From: an uncultured Litorivicinus sp.
GTDB taxonomy: Bacteria > Pseudomonadota > Gammaproteobacteria > Pseudomonadales > Litorivicinaceae
Reading direction: 5' to 3'
DNA: 64,000 nt
Assembly: GCA_902558075.1 (NCBI GenBank)
Contig: CACECO010000008.1
Location: 4,450-68,449, forward strand
Every line of letters begins with the position of its first letter. Position 1 is the stretch's first letter. Shown piece by piece: positions 32,575 to 42,353 of this stretch. The notes under the pieces are model-generated. The model was not told the origin of the DNA. It ran no database searches and was given only the letters and a program-made list of their open reading frames with translations. A program made the translations under genes and the position numbers.

Positions 32575-33440
32575 TAATTGGTAAGAATGGCTTTTTTGCT
32601 AATAATTTGATTCGGCGGTTAGCGTCCGAGAACATTGCCCATAGGACAATTAGTGTCCCTAGAAATTCGTCAGAAGTGGATTTTGTCGCTTTCGAAATCC
32701 TGCTTAGAAAAGAACTCCCTGAAGTATCCGTAGTTGTAATGTGCTCCTGGCAAGGAATCCCAGTTTTCAGCGCGCGAAATAACGCCGTTAATCTTAAGTT
32801 GCACCAAGTTCTGATAACCCAGGCGTCCGAAGTTAAGGACAAAATTTCGGTGTATTGTTTCGGATCCTGCGCTGAATACGATGGGCTGAGTGGGGCGGTG
32901 AACGAAGAGTCGGTAGGTTCGACGTTGTCCTCTTTAGGACATATTAAAAACAAAATTTTTAAATATTTGGAGATGATGGTTTCTGAGAATCTCCAGTGTT
33001 ATTGGATCGTCCCATTCTTCGCAGCTGGCCCATTCCAGCGTAATGGATCGCTTTTTGACCATATTTGTAGATCGGTTGGAAATCAATCAAAGTGCAGTGT
33101 TTCAAAATCTATCCATTGCGATTTTGTTCACATTCAAGACGTTTTCGACGTTGTGTTAGCGGTCAACAAAAGTTCTTTTAGCCTTAATAATGTTACTCGC
33201 ATTAATGTTGGATCGGGAAGACTGGTAGACTACGCCGAGTTAGCTGATCTAGTACCTCGTTGGGCACAACAAATGGGCGCTAAAGAGTTTCATATAGAGG
33301 GTGTAGATAGAGTGCCAAATCAATCAGATTTTTATTCATCTAATAAAATAAGAGACTTTCTAATTCAAAAATCTCCTCGTTCTTTAGAGCAGATATTAAC
33401 AGATTGCTATAGGTCTATGATGAGCGCACCAAAGGTATGA
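32565..33440 (+). CDS. NAD-dependent epimerase/reductase (atypical active site)
   Basis: GKNGFFA, GSCAEY, GPFQ, DFVHIQD, NVGSG; LGHIK where YxxxK is expected. Confidence 0.7.
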   Translation: MWLIIGKNGFFANNLIRRLASENIAHRTISVPRNSSEVDFVAFEILLRKELPEVSVVVMCSWQGIPVFSARNNAVNLKLHQVLITQASEVKDKISVYCFGSCAEYDGLSGAVNEESVGSTLSSLGHIKNKIFKYLEMMVSENLQCYWIVPFFAAGPFQRNGSLFDHICRSVGNQSKCSVSKSIHCDFVHIQDVFDVVLAVNKSSFSLNNVTRINVGSGRLVDYAELADLVPRWAQQMGAKEFHIEGVDRVPNQSDFYSSNKIRDFLIQKSPRSLEQILTDCYRSMMSAPKV

Positions 33441-34420
33441 TAGTTACTAGGATACCGTTACGGGTAAGCCTATTTGGTGGGGGAAGCGATAGGCCTCATT
33501 TCTACCATCATACTCCAGGGAAAGTATTAAATTTTTCAATAAACCGTTACATGTTTGTCATCGGACGTAAACAAGTAGAGCCAATAAAAAATAGGTTTCT
33601 CATCAAATGGGCAGAGATAAATGCAGCTGATCACATCGATGGTCTTGAGCATCCCATCTTTAGATCTGCTCTTTCTCATTTTGAATTTAATGATCCACTT
33701 GAGGTTATTACATTTTCTGATGTGGATGCTAATACTGGCCTAGGATCCTCTAGTGCGTTCGCTGTAGGAATTTCCTTGTTATTGTCGACATATCAGCAAA
33801 AGCGGCTTACAAAGAGTGAGATAGCCAGTACTGCTAGTAATATTGAAATAGACATAGCAGGTAGAAATATTGGTAAGCAGGATCATTATGGATGTACTTA
33901 CGGAGGGATTAATATTTTTGAATTTAATCCTGATCACACAGTTATTAATACTCCAATTATTCCCTCGTCGGACATTAGGACAGAAATATTTAATTCATTT
34001 CGTTTGGTGTATGTAGGAGGTGGACGCGATGCTGCAGCTATTTTAGAGGGTCAGAAGCTTGATACTGCAAACTCTAGAGATAATATTCAATTGTCCATCG
34101 ATTTGGTTGACCACGGCGCTAATGCTCTTCTTAAATCAGATATCAGGGAACTAGGTTATCTATTAAGCGAAGCTTGGGCCTACAAGAAAAAGTTTGGGGA
34201 TTCGGTATCCAACGATGTGATCGATAAAATTTATAAGCGTGGACTAGAGGCTGGAGCCGTTGGGGGAAAATTACTGGGCGCTGGAGGTGGAGGTTACATC
34301 TTGTTCGTAGTACCAAAAGACGCCGAGTTATTTTTCGACAAAGCCATGAGTGATTTAATCACATTGAACATCGATCTTGACCAGGTTGGAGCTAGGCTAA
34401 CTTATTATGACGAGGCCTGA
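33437..34420 (+). CDS. hddA: GHMP kinase, heptose-7-phosphate 1-kinase (HddA-like)
   Basis: PLRVSLFGGGSD, GLGSSS, IGKQDHY, GGKLLGAGGGG. Confidence 0.85.
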   Translation: MIVTRIPLRVSLFGGGSDRPHFYHHTPGKVLNFSINRYMFVIGRKQVEPIKNRFLIKWAEINAADHIDGLEHPIFRSALSHFEFNDPLEVITFSDVDANTGLGSSSAFAVGISLLLSTYQQKRLTKSEIASTASNIEIDIAGRNIGKQDHYGCTYGGINIFEFNPDHTVINTPIIPSSDIRTEIFNSFRLVYVGGGRDAAAILEGQKLDTANSRDNIQLSIDLVDHGANALLKSDIRELGYLLSEAWAYKKKFGDSVSNDVIDKIYKRGLEAGAVGGKLLGAGGGGYILFVVPKDAELFFDKAMSDLITLNIDLDQVGARLTYYDEA

Positions 34421-34422
34421 CG

Positions 34423-35448
34423 TTGATTAACAATCTGACGGTGGTAATACCGACACGGAACAGACCGCAACATTTAGATCGTTTATTAAATTGTATACGA
34501 GAAAGAGTGCACATTCTTGTAGCAGATAGTTCTGACCTGCGATCGGGATCGGGTGTAAATACCACCACAAGTCTCTTAGTAGAAAAATTCGATTTAAATA
34601 CGCCTTTTTCAAAGAAAATCTATGAAGCCCTTAAAATAGTCGATACACCTTATGTACAACTCTGCGCTGATGATGATTTTCCAATTTTGTCGACATCAGA
34701 AAGATGTATGCAGGTACTTAATAATGATCCTAAAATCTCTGCTATTTGTGGTTTAACTATAGCTTTCAGCCAGAATTCTGCCGGAACATGTGCATGGCCC
34801 AGATATTTAGATAAAGCGTTTTGGCGAAACAATGAAAATCAAAATTATCGAAGATTCTTAAAAAGCTTTACGGATTATTATCAATTTTTTTATGGGGTAC
34901 ATCGATCAGATTTGCTCAGACAAATTTTTAAGTTTAGTTCCCAACACGAACATAAGAGAGGTTGGGAGATGGATGTCACCTTAATGTCTTCACTTGCCGG
35001 CAATCAACTAGTCCTAAAAACAGTTGGATCAGCTCGGGAAGCGATGGCTCCGGCTTTACAGCTTGATACGAATCCAAGTGTCAATGAGTGGATTAATACC
35101 TATCGCGATACTCAGAAATTTGAAGCTTGGGTAAGATCATATCAGCAATTCGTGGATGAAATTCAAATGAGCGAGTATTTTCAAGAGATTGAGGATCTGA
35201 TTAGGAAACCGATATTTAATCTGCAAAGAAACGGTTTATATCCGAATGCTTATAAAGTTTTTGGAAAAATTTTTCTACGTGATCACGGGTGGCCACCATC
35301 AAAATCAACTCAACGTAAGATGTGGTATTGGGATTATCTTTTTATAAATGGAGCTCATAGAAAGTTTTTACTATCGAAAGAGTGGCGAAGAATCAAAGAA
35401 CATCTTGATCACTCCGGACCATTGGATCAGACTAAATATGGTAATTAA
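34423..35448 (+). CDS. GT2-like glycosyltransferase (TIGR00180-like)
   Basis: VIPTRNRP, VADSS, TPYVQLCADDDF, FYGVHRS. Confidence 0.75.
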   Translation: MINNLTVVIPTRNRPQHLDRLLNCIRERVHILVADSSDLRSGSGVNTTTSLLVEKFDLNTPFSKKIYEALKIVDTPYVQLCADDDFPILSTSERCMQVLNNDPKISAICGLTIAFSQNSAGTCAWPRYLDKAFWRNNENQNYRRFLKSFTDYYQFFYGVHRSDLLRQIFKFSSQHEHKRGWEMDVTLMSSLAGNQLVLKTVGSAREAMAPALQLDTNPSVNEWINTYRDTQKFEAWVRSYQQFVDEIQMSEYFQEIEDLIRKPIFNLQRNGLYPNAYKVFGKIFLRDHGWPPSKSTQRKMWYWDYLFINGAHRKFLLSKEWRRIKEHLDHSGPLDQTKYGN

Positions 35449-36388
35449 AAAAATTCTTATAATTGGATTCGGTAGAATGGGTGTTTCATATGTCTCGTCG
35501 TTTCTGAATTTTTTTTACGACGTTGAAATATTCATATTTGATGGGGATTTAAAGAGTGCAAACAAAAAACTAAGTTTTCTTGATCTAGGGAAAAATAGAA
35601 TAACATTATTTGAATCAGTCGATGATATTATGTCATGCTCGGAAAAATTTGATCTATATGTTAACTCAACGCAAGTTCTGGGGCGTTGGGGTTATGAAAA
35701 ATATTTAGTCAACCATAAAATTCCAAAACGAATTTATGAAAAACCATTATTTAGCAGAAATTTTTCAGCGGAAATTAATGGATTGACTGAAGTTATATTA
35801 AATAATTCATATGTAAATTTTTCTCGGCGGTTATCCCCTGAATTAAATGCGTTAAAAAGAACGCATCAAGGACAAATTCAAAAACTGATCGTTAGGGGTA
35901 AAAACCTTAATCTGGGTAGTAATTGGAGTCATTTCCTTGATCTTTTTTGTTGGTTGTCCAATAGTGAATTAGATGACATTCGATTCACAGTTGACAGAGT
36001 GCATGGTTCGGGTCAATACGGTATTCTTGAGGGGTCTTGTCGAGGCTCGATTAATGGCGAAGAACGAGTAATAGTAACCAGCCACTTTCGCCCGTCCGCA
36101 GAAAAAAATTATTCAAGTAGCATTATCTTATGCAACGGTACCGAGATTCCTTTTCGAGAAGTGTTTGGGGCTGTTTCTTTTGGTGCTTCAGATGGATTAG
36201 CGGTCAACGTGCCATTAGCTAGAGATTTTGATTTTGGGCGGATGTTGAATCTTGACGCGTTAGATAGCAATACTGAAGTGATGAGATTACCCTTGATTTC
36301 GGAAGTGTTACCGGTCATTTATAGAGGAACTAGAGCGCTGTATGCATCGCTTGACAAGAGTGGTTTTGATTCGGTGGAAGTCACTTGA
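35438..36388 (+). CDS. Gfo/Idh/MocA-like oxidoreductase
   Basis: IGFGRMG, YEKP, YVNFSRR, SNWSHFLDL. Confidence 0.7.
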   Translation: MVIKKILIIGFGRMGVSYVSSFLNFFYDVEIFIFDGDLKSANKKLSFLDLGKNRITLFESVDDIMSCSEKFDLYVNSTQVLGRWGYEKYLVNHKIPKRIYEKPLFSRNFSAEINGLTEVILNNSYVNFSRRLSPELNALKRTHQGQIQKLIVRGKNLNLGSNWSHFLDLFCWLSNSELDDIRFTVDRVHGSGQYGILEGSCRGSINGEERVIVTSHFRPSAEKNYSSSIILCNGTEIPFREVFGAVSFGASDGLAVNVPLARDFDFGRMLNLDALDSNTEVMRLPLISEVLPVIYRGTRALYASLDKSGFDSVEVT

Positions 36389-37296
36389 GAGTCTGTGTAA
36401 TAGGTAGCGGAAAGATGGGCTTTGCGTACCAACAAGCAGTTTATGGTGCGGGTCTATCTCATAAATTTGAATTCTACAAGAGGAGTAAAAGTAGTTATTC
36501 TAATGATACATATGGTCCTTGGGACTGTCTGGATGATGGTTTGGCCAACCAATTCTATGATTCGATCGTTTTAGCGATACCATCAGATCAATATCTATCA
36601 GCGATGAAACGGTTGGAAACGTATACCAAGTGTTTCCTACTTGAAAAGCCAGGATTTGCGAGTTTAGAAGATTTTGAACTATTAAATGAATGGTGCAATC
36701 ATAGTAACCGTAAGATTTTTGTTTTATTTAATAGAAGGTTTTTTTCATCGGTTCGGCATTTGAAGAAGCTTGTGATGAACACCGATAAACTCTACGCGAG
36801 ATTCTGTTTCGACGATCGTATCTCTTTTCTATCTGACTATCCAAGGCCTAACGAACTAAGACATTGGGTTTGGTTTAATAGTGCCCACGTGATTGACCTA
36901 ATGTTTTGGTTATTTGATGGTTTATTTGATTCTCAATCGGAAACTCAGGGGTCATTAACACCCATTGATGCGGCTCAAGTACCTTGGCACAAAGGGGCTA
37001 CCATAATGAGGCAACAATGGGATTTGGGAGATCAGCAGGTTCTGGTTGAAGCCGATTGGTCTAGAGACGGTAGTTGGTGCATTAATGGAAATGCCGATGG
37101 CGAAGAGTTTACACTATCTCCTATCGAAGAATTTAGGTCGGAGAAGTTTACGCTAAAGCCCGATTTTTCTGATGGTGTTAAGCCTGGACTCAAGGAAATC
37201 GTAGAGAGCATAGCTATAGCAGATACTACCCAATTTGCTTCACTTGAATACTGTCGAAAGTTATATGACCAAATATGTAAGATTGCCCATTACTGA
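36385..37296 (+). CDS. Gfo/Idh/MocA-like oxidoreductase
   Basis: IGSGKMG, LEKPG, FNRRF, NSAHVID. Confidence 0.78.
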   Translation: MRVCVIGSGKMGFAYQQAVYGAGLSHKFEFYKRSKSSYSNDTYGPWDCLDDGLANQFYDSIVLAIPSDQYLSAMKRLETYTKCFLLEKPGFASLEDFELLNEWCNHSNRKIFVLFNRRFFSSVRHLKKLVMNTDKLYARFCFDDRISFLSDYPRPNELRHWVWFNSAHVIDLMFWLFDGLFDSQSETQGSLTPIDAAQVPWHKGATIMRQQWDLGDQQVLVEADWSRDGSWCINGNADGEEFTLSPIEEFRSEKFTLKPDFSDGVKPGLKEIVESIAIADTTQFASLEYCRKLYDQICKIAHY

Positions 37297-38356
37297 TCGC
37301 TCTTTTGACCGTTTTGTCTGCAATGTCTCCGACTCTCTTGAGCTCGCACTGAGTCTAATCAGAAATAATAATGCAGGATTTTGTATTGTAAGAGAAAATG
37401 GTCGTATGGTAGGCATCCTTTGTGAAAGTGAGGTTAGGAAAGCTTGGATCCAGGGAGCCGAACTGGCGCAATCTTGCGGTGAATTTATAAATCGTCAGCC
37501 ATTGAAGATGAGTAAAGGAGGTGACGTAAACGTCATAATGGAGAAAGCTCCATTTATTGTCATACCAGAAATAAACGAATCTACCGGCGAAATAACAGCA
37601 GTTTGGCAGACCGTTCGGCCGAGATGGAAGAGTGATGAAATAGTCGTTCTAGTCATGGCGGGTGGCCGTGGGTCGAGAATGGGTGAGTTAACCAATAAGC
37701 TCCCTAAGCCATTGCTGGAGATAGCAGATGGATTTTCACTTCTCGATAATGTTCTTAAATCCTTAAGTGACGTGAATTTAAGAAATGTAAAAATTTCTGT
37801 CAATTACTTGAGAGACGAATTTTTTAAGCGAAAAAAACTTCTTGAGAAAAAATCGCGGACAGAAATTAATTTTCTGGAGGAGGACCAATTTCTTGGTACT
37901 GGTGGCCCGATATGTAATGCCAAAGAACGGACTAAGGGAATGTTGGTTATGAACGGAGATGTCTACACAAAAGCATCCCTAAAAACGTTTCTGGACTACG
38001 GTTATTCAACAAAAGCTGACATGGTTATAATGGCTGCGCGCCAGACCAGGCAAGAACAGTTTGGGGTTTTGTCTCTAGACGGCGATTCAAGACTGATTGA
38101 TCTCCAAGAAAAACCGATTTCTCAATATTTTGTTTCCGCAGGAGTGTACTATTTTGCGCCGTCTATCTTAGATGAATTAGATAGTTTAATCTCGAATAAT
38201 AATTTTGATATGCCCGATTTGATAAAAGCTGCGAAAGATCGTGGATTGGACATTCGCGTTTTTCCGATATTTGAAGAGTGGATGGATGTCGGTAACCCAA
38301 GTGTACTTGCGAAAGTAAGAGCAGAATTACATAGACTAGGGGGCACTAGCATTTGA
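37265..38356 (+). CDS. CBS-domain sugar-1-phosphate nucleotidyltransferase (PtmE/LgaF-like)
   Basis: Degenerate N-terminal CBS pair; MAGGRGSRM..PKPL, LGTGG, MNGD, EKP, WMDVG. Confidence 0.85.
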   Translation: MTKYVRLPITDRSFDRFVCNVSDSLELALSLIRNNNAGFCIVRENGRMVGILCESEVRKAWIQGAELAQSCGEFINRQPLKMSKGGDVNVIMEKAPFIVIPEINESTGEITAVWQTVRPRWKSDEIVVLVMAGGRGSRMGELTNKLPKPLLEIADGFSLLDNVLKSLSDVNLRNVKISVNYLRDEFFKRKKLLEKKSRTEINFLEEDQFLGTGGPICNAKERTKGMLVMNGDVYTKASLKTFLDYGYSTKADMVIMAARQTRQEQFGVLSLDGDSRLIDLQEKPISQYFVSAGVYYFAPSILDELDSLISNNNFDMPDLIKAAKDRGLDIRVFPIFEEWMDVGNPSVLAKVRAELHRLGGTSI

Positions 38357-39354
38357 AAGTATTAGTGACAGGCGCGAGTGGGTTTATTGGATCACACCTG
38401 GTTGAAAAACTCCTGGAGTCAGGGTTGACCGTGAGGGCTTTGGTTCATTATAAGGGTAGCGGTGATATTGGTTGGCTGAGATCGATTAAGGGCACAGATG
38501 GATTAGAAATACTTCAAGGAGATGTAGCTGACTCATCATGCATCAGGAAAGCTGTTGTTGACTGTAGCACTGTGTTTCACCTTGCCGCACTTATTGGGAT
38601 CCCTTATTCCTACGCAGCTCCCGAGTCTTATGTGCGTACAAACGTTATTGGCACTTTGAATGTGCTGGAAGCAGTACGCGATACTGGTGCGAGGCTAGTA
38701 CATACGTCCACCTCAGAAGTTTATGGTAGCGCTCAAACCCCTTTTATAAATGAGTCTCATCCACTAGTGGGCCAGAGCCCCTACTCAGCAACAAAAATAT
38801 CAGCTGATCACCTCGTCGAAGCATATGTAAGAAGTTTTGGAGTAGATGCCAAAATAGTTCGTCCCTTTAATACCTATGGTCCTCGTCAATCTGCTCGAGC
38901 CGTAATTCCGCAGATTATAAGACAAGGGCTCAATGCTAAAAATAGTAGTGGAGCGATCGAGCTGGGTTCGCTTTCGCCTACTCGAGATTTAACTTTTGTA
39001 ACGGACACGGCAAATGGATTTATAATGGCTGCAAATACTTCGAACTGGGATGATCAGGAACTAGTTTGTAATTTGGGTACTGGCTATTCTATTTCGATAG
39101 AGATGCTGGCCCGAAAGATACTCGACTTAATGGATTTGAATGGAATTCAAATTATTGAGGCTCAACAGCGAATTAGACCAGTTAAAAGTGAGGTATTAGA
39201 TCTCCGATCTGATAATTCAAGAGCGTTGCGTTTAATGAAGTGGCAGCCTGATTTTGGTGGCGAAGATGGTCTTGATCGGGGGCTTTCCATCACCATTGAG
39301 TGGTATGCTTCGGAATTCAAGGACGATGGGCGGCAGTTAGGATACGAGATATGA
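38353..39354 (+). CDS. legB: NDP-GlcNAc 4,6-dehydratase (LegB-like)
   Basis: HLAALIGIPYSY, HTSTSEVYG, QSPYSATK, RPFNTYGPRQSARAVIP. Confidence 0.88.
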   Translation: MKVLVTGASGFIGSHLVEKLLESGLTVRALVHYKGSGDIGWLRSIKGTDGLEILQGDVADSSCIRKAVVDCSTVFHLAALIGIPYSYAAPESYVRTNVIGTLNVLEAVRDTGARLVHTSTSEVYGSAQTPFINESHPLVGQSPYSATKISADHLVEAYVRSFGVDAKIVRPFNTYGPRQSARAVIPQIIRQGLNAKNSSGAIELGSLSPTRDLTFVTDTANGFIMAANTSNWDDQELVCNLGTGYSISIEMLARKILDLMDLNGIQIIEAQQRIRPVKSEVLDLRSDNSRALRLMKWQPDFGGEDGLDRGLSITIEWYASEFKDDGRQLGYEI

Positions 39355-40388
39355 GTTTTCAATTATTAGGGCGCACAATTGCGCGTGACCAATCCCCGCT
39401 TGCGGTGTGTGAGTTGGGCATTAACCACGGGGGTTCCGTAAAGACAGCATTTGAAATGGTTGATGCCGCATTAGATGCGGGCGCCGAAATCATAAAACTT
39501 CAAACGCACATCCCTGGTGCTGAAATGTCGAGTGAAGCGCGTTTTATCACGCCTCAACATTGTAAAGATTCTATTTTCGAAGTGATTGAAAAAACGTCTC
39601 TGACGCTTCAAGAGGAGCGAGAAGTTTTTCTGTACGCAAGAAGTAAGGGAGCGAGGATTTTTAGTACCCCTTTCTCTAAGGAAGCTGTGGATCATCTACT
39701 GGATCTCGAAGTTTCGGCTTTCAAGATTGGATCTGGAGAATGTAATAACTGGCCTTTAATCGACTATGTCGCTTCACACGGCTTACCCGTTGTTTTGAGC
39801 ACAGGTATGCATGGAATAGACGTTGTTAGAAAGGCTGTTACTATCCTCGAAGCCCGTGGAGTTACGTTCGCATTAATGCATTGTACTAATCTCTATCCAA
39901 CACCCACTAGTCTTGTGCGATTAGGCGGTATTTTAGACATGCAAAAAGAATTTCCGGGGATTCAGATTGGATTATCAGACCACACCACATCGAACTACAG
40001 TTGTTTTGGAGCTATAGCGCTCGGGGCAAATTTTGTCGAAAAGCATTTTTGTCTCTCGCACGAGCAACTTGGCCCAGATATCGAGTGCTCCAATGATCCT
40101 GAAGAATGGAAGGAGCTAATGAAAGGGTGCATTGAGGTATTCTTAGCAAGGGGTGGTGCGAAATCTGAGATAAAGGAAGAACAGGATACTCGTGACTTTG
40201 CATTTGCCTCGGTTGTTGCTATCAAAGATTTAAATCCTGGTGATATTTTGACGAGGGAAAATCTATGGGTTAAGCGTCCGTCTGGAGGTGATTTTACTAC
40301 AGACGATTATGAAAGATTGCTGGGACTTACGGTGACATCTCACGTTCCGAGGGATACACAGCTATCGAAAAATGCGGTACAGAAATAA
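39351..40388 (+). CDS. neuB: N-acylneuraminate (nonulosonate) synthase
   Basis: ELGINHGG, STPFS, FKIGSGECNN, HCTNLYPT, GLSDHT, C-terminal SAF domain. Confidence 0.93.
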   Translation: MSFQLLGRTIARDQSPLAVCELGINHGGSVKTAFEMVDAALDAGAEIIKLQTHIPGAEMSSEARFITPQHCKDSIFEVIEKTSLTLQEEREVFLYARSKGARIFSTPFSKEAVDHLLDLEVSAFKIGSGECNNWPLIDYVASHGLPVVLSTGMHGIDVVRKAVTILEARGVTFALMHCTNLYPTPTSLVRLGGILDMQKEFPGIQIGLSDHTTSNYSCFGAIALGANFVEKHFCLSHEQLGPDIECSNDPEEWKELMKGCIEVFLARGGAKSEIKEEQDTRDFAFASVVAIKDLNPGDILTRENLWVKRPSGGDFTTDDYERLLGLTVTSHVPRDTQLSKNAVQK

Positions 40389-41190
40389 ACGATTTCTAAT
40401 TTTAGGGGCGAACGGTTACGTCGGTAGGTCGTTGTCTCAATTATTGATAGATTCTGGTTGTGAGGTACATAGGTTAAATGGTGCCTCACTAAGACAACGT
40501 GCTATTCCGTTAGGCTGCGATGACACACCTGATCTGACAATAGTCAATTGTGCATTCTGGGATGGGCTTAGAGAAGAAGAATTTAATATTTCCGATTATA
40601 TCAGCTTGGTTAACTTTTATGGTGAACAATTCTCTAATTCGGTACACGTTTTCCTATCGTCCTCTCATGTTTATCAGGATAGTCAATTGGCTCATGAAAA
40701 ATCGGAGCTGAATAAAACTCTGCTCTACTCGAGGTGTAAGTTAGAAACTGAATTGTGTTATGAACTTTATGTTAAAAAGTTCGTAATTTTCAGGGTTGGG
40801 CAGGTGCTAGATAGAGAGCCAAAACCAAAAACGTTTTTTGCTTATGTCCTTAATAATATAGATAGTAATTCTTCAGTTTTTAGTCTCGAGCGTTGTTCTG
40901 CTAGGCTCTCTATCACTTTAGTTTCTACGTTAACTGAAACCCTTCTACTTTTGAGCGATAGACATTTTAACAATATTTATAATATTTCGTCCGGGATAAA
41001 CCTGACAACGGCGGAATTTGTTGAACGAATATTAGAGACAGCCTCAGTTAATAAAGAGATCAGGTGTTCTGATCATCGAGATGTTGGAACATGGATGGAT
41101 ATTACGAAAGCCCAAAATAGTGGGCTACTCCCCCTGAATAATGGTATCAATTCAAAAATGTATGCGAATTTTCTAAACGGCGTCTACTGA
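40372..41190 (+). CDS. NAD-dependent epimerase/reductase (extended SDR)
   Basis: GANGYVG, SSSHVY, YSRCK, YNISSG. Confidence 0.75.
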   Translation: MRYRNKRFLILGANGYVGRSLSQLLIDSGCEVHRLNGASLRQRAIPLGCDDTPDLTIVNCAFWDGLREEEFNISDYISLVNFYGEQFSNSVHVFLSSSHVYQDSQLAHEKSELNKTLLYSRCKLETELCYELYVKKFVIFRVGQVLDREPKPKTFFAYVLNNIDSNSSVFSLERCSARLSITLVSTLTETLLLLSDRHFNNIYNISSGINLTTAEFVERILETASVNKEIRCSDHRDVGTWMDITKAQNSGLLPLNNGINSKMYANFLNGVY

Positions 41191-42353
41191 TGAATTTATT
41201 ATTCTTTTCGGGTAATCGAGCCGAAGTGGATATTATTTTTAATATAATTGAGAACGTCGTTATGACATCTAACGATATTATTTCCATGTGTAGTGATATC
41301 TATATTCTCATGGGTGGTTATCATGACGCCGGGAGCATCGATGAGTTTCATCAAGAAAGAGCTGACCAACTGGATATACAGCTTTTTCACATTAACGAAT
41401 CCGCTCTTAATATCGACTCTACAGTGCAAAACGTTATTTCTCAAACAATAGAGGAAATGTCGTCATGGTTGGTGGAGCTGGAAAAAAAATGCATCGTGTG
41501 TATTTATGCTGATCGAGCCGAATCTTTCGGAGCATCTATTGCTGCGTTCACCCACGGTCTACCGATTATCCATATTGAGGGTGGTGAGGTTACAAAGGGT
41601 GGTACCTTTGATGACAGATTTCGTCATGCCATATCAGCGCTGAGTGATTTTCATCTTCCAGTGTCGGTTGAAGCAAAAAAAGTTCTTTTAGGTATGGGTT
41701 ACGCTGAGAAAAATATCGGTGTGTTCCCTCTGTGTTTTAGAAAGCCTAGATTAGATTCTTTGAAAAATTGGCAGATTGAGGTTTTCCAAAAAGTGAAACT
41801 TTGCTCAAAGATTGTGATAGCCACTTTTCATCCTTTATCGAATAATTTGTCGCAGTCATCAATTGAAGTCTCAGAGTTCTTTATGGCAATTTGGGAAATT
41901 CAAAAGATGGCTGACGTCGTGATTCTCACCTATCCTAATAATGACCAAGGTAGCCACGAGATCTTAGGAAAAATTTCTGAATTTAAAGATAATGTTGATG
42001 TGCTGATTATACCGAGTCTGGGTTTAGACCTGTATCACATGATCTTAGGCCTCAGTGGATCGGAAGATCAGATAGTGTTGTCGGTCGGTAATTCGTCATC
42101 CGGCCTAAAGGAGGTAGGTTATTGGGGCTGTACTGCTATCAATGTGGGGCGAAGACAAGACGGACGGCATAAGCCAGAACATGTGATGGATGTGCCAGCA
42201 GTCGCGACTGCTATAACAAGTGTCGTACAAAACTGCCTAAATAAAAAAAACAAAGCCAGAAATAGTGAAGTTCAGCAAGCTGAGCGAAAGTTGGCCCAGA
42301 AATCATTGAAAAGGGCGATCACGCAAAATAATGAAAGACTTCACCGAGGGTAA
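41190..42353 (+). CDS. neuC: Hydrolysing NDP-GlcNAc 2-epimerase (NeuC/LegG family)
   Basis: GNRAE, DRAE, HIEGGE..DDRFRHAIS, TFHP, YPNND, GNSSSG, GRRQDGR. Confidence 0.88.
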   Translation: MNLLFFSGNRAEVDIIFNIIENVVMTSNDIISMCSDIYILMGGYHDAGSIDEFHQERADQLDIQLFHINESALNIDSTVQNVISQTIEEMSSWLVELEKKCIVCIYADRAESFGASIAAFTHGLPIIHIEGGEVTKGGTFDDRFRHAISALSDFHLPVSVEAKKVLLGMGYAEKNIGVFPLCFRKPRLDSLKNWQIEVFQKVKLCSKIVIATFHPLSNNLSQSSIEVSEFFMAIWEIQKMADVVILTYPNNDQGSHEILGKISEFKDNVDVLIIPSLGLDLYHMILGLSGSEDQIVLSVGNSSSGLKEVGYWGCTAINVGRRQDGRHKPEHVMDVPAVATAITSVVQNCLNKKNKARNSEVQQAERKLAQKSLKRAITQNNERLHRG

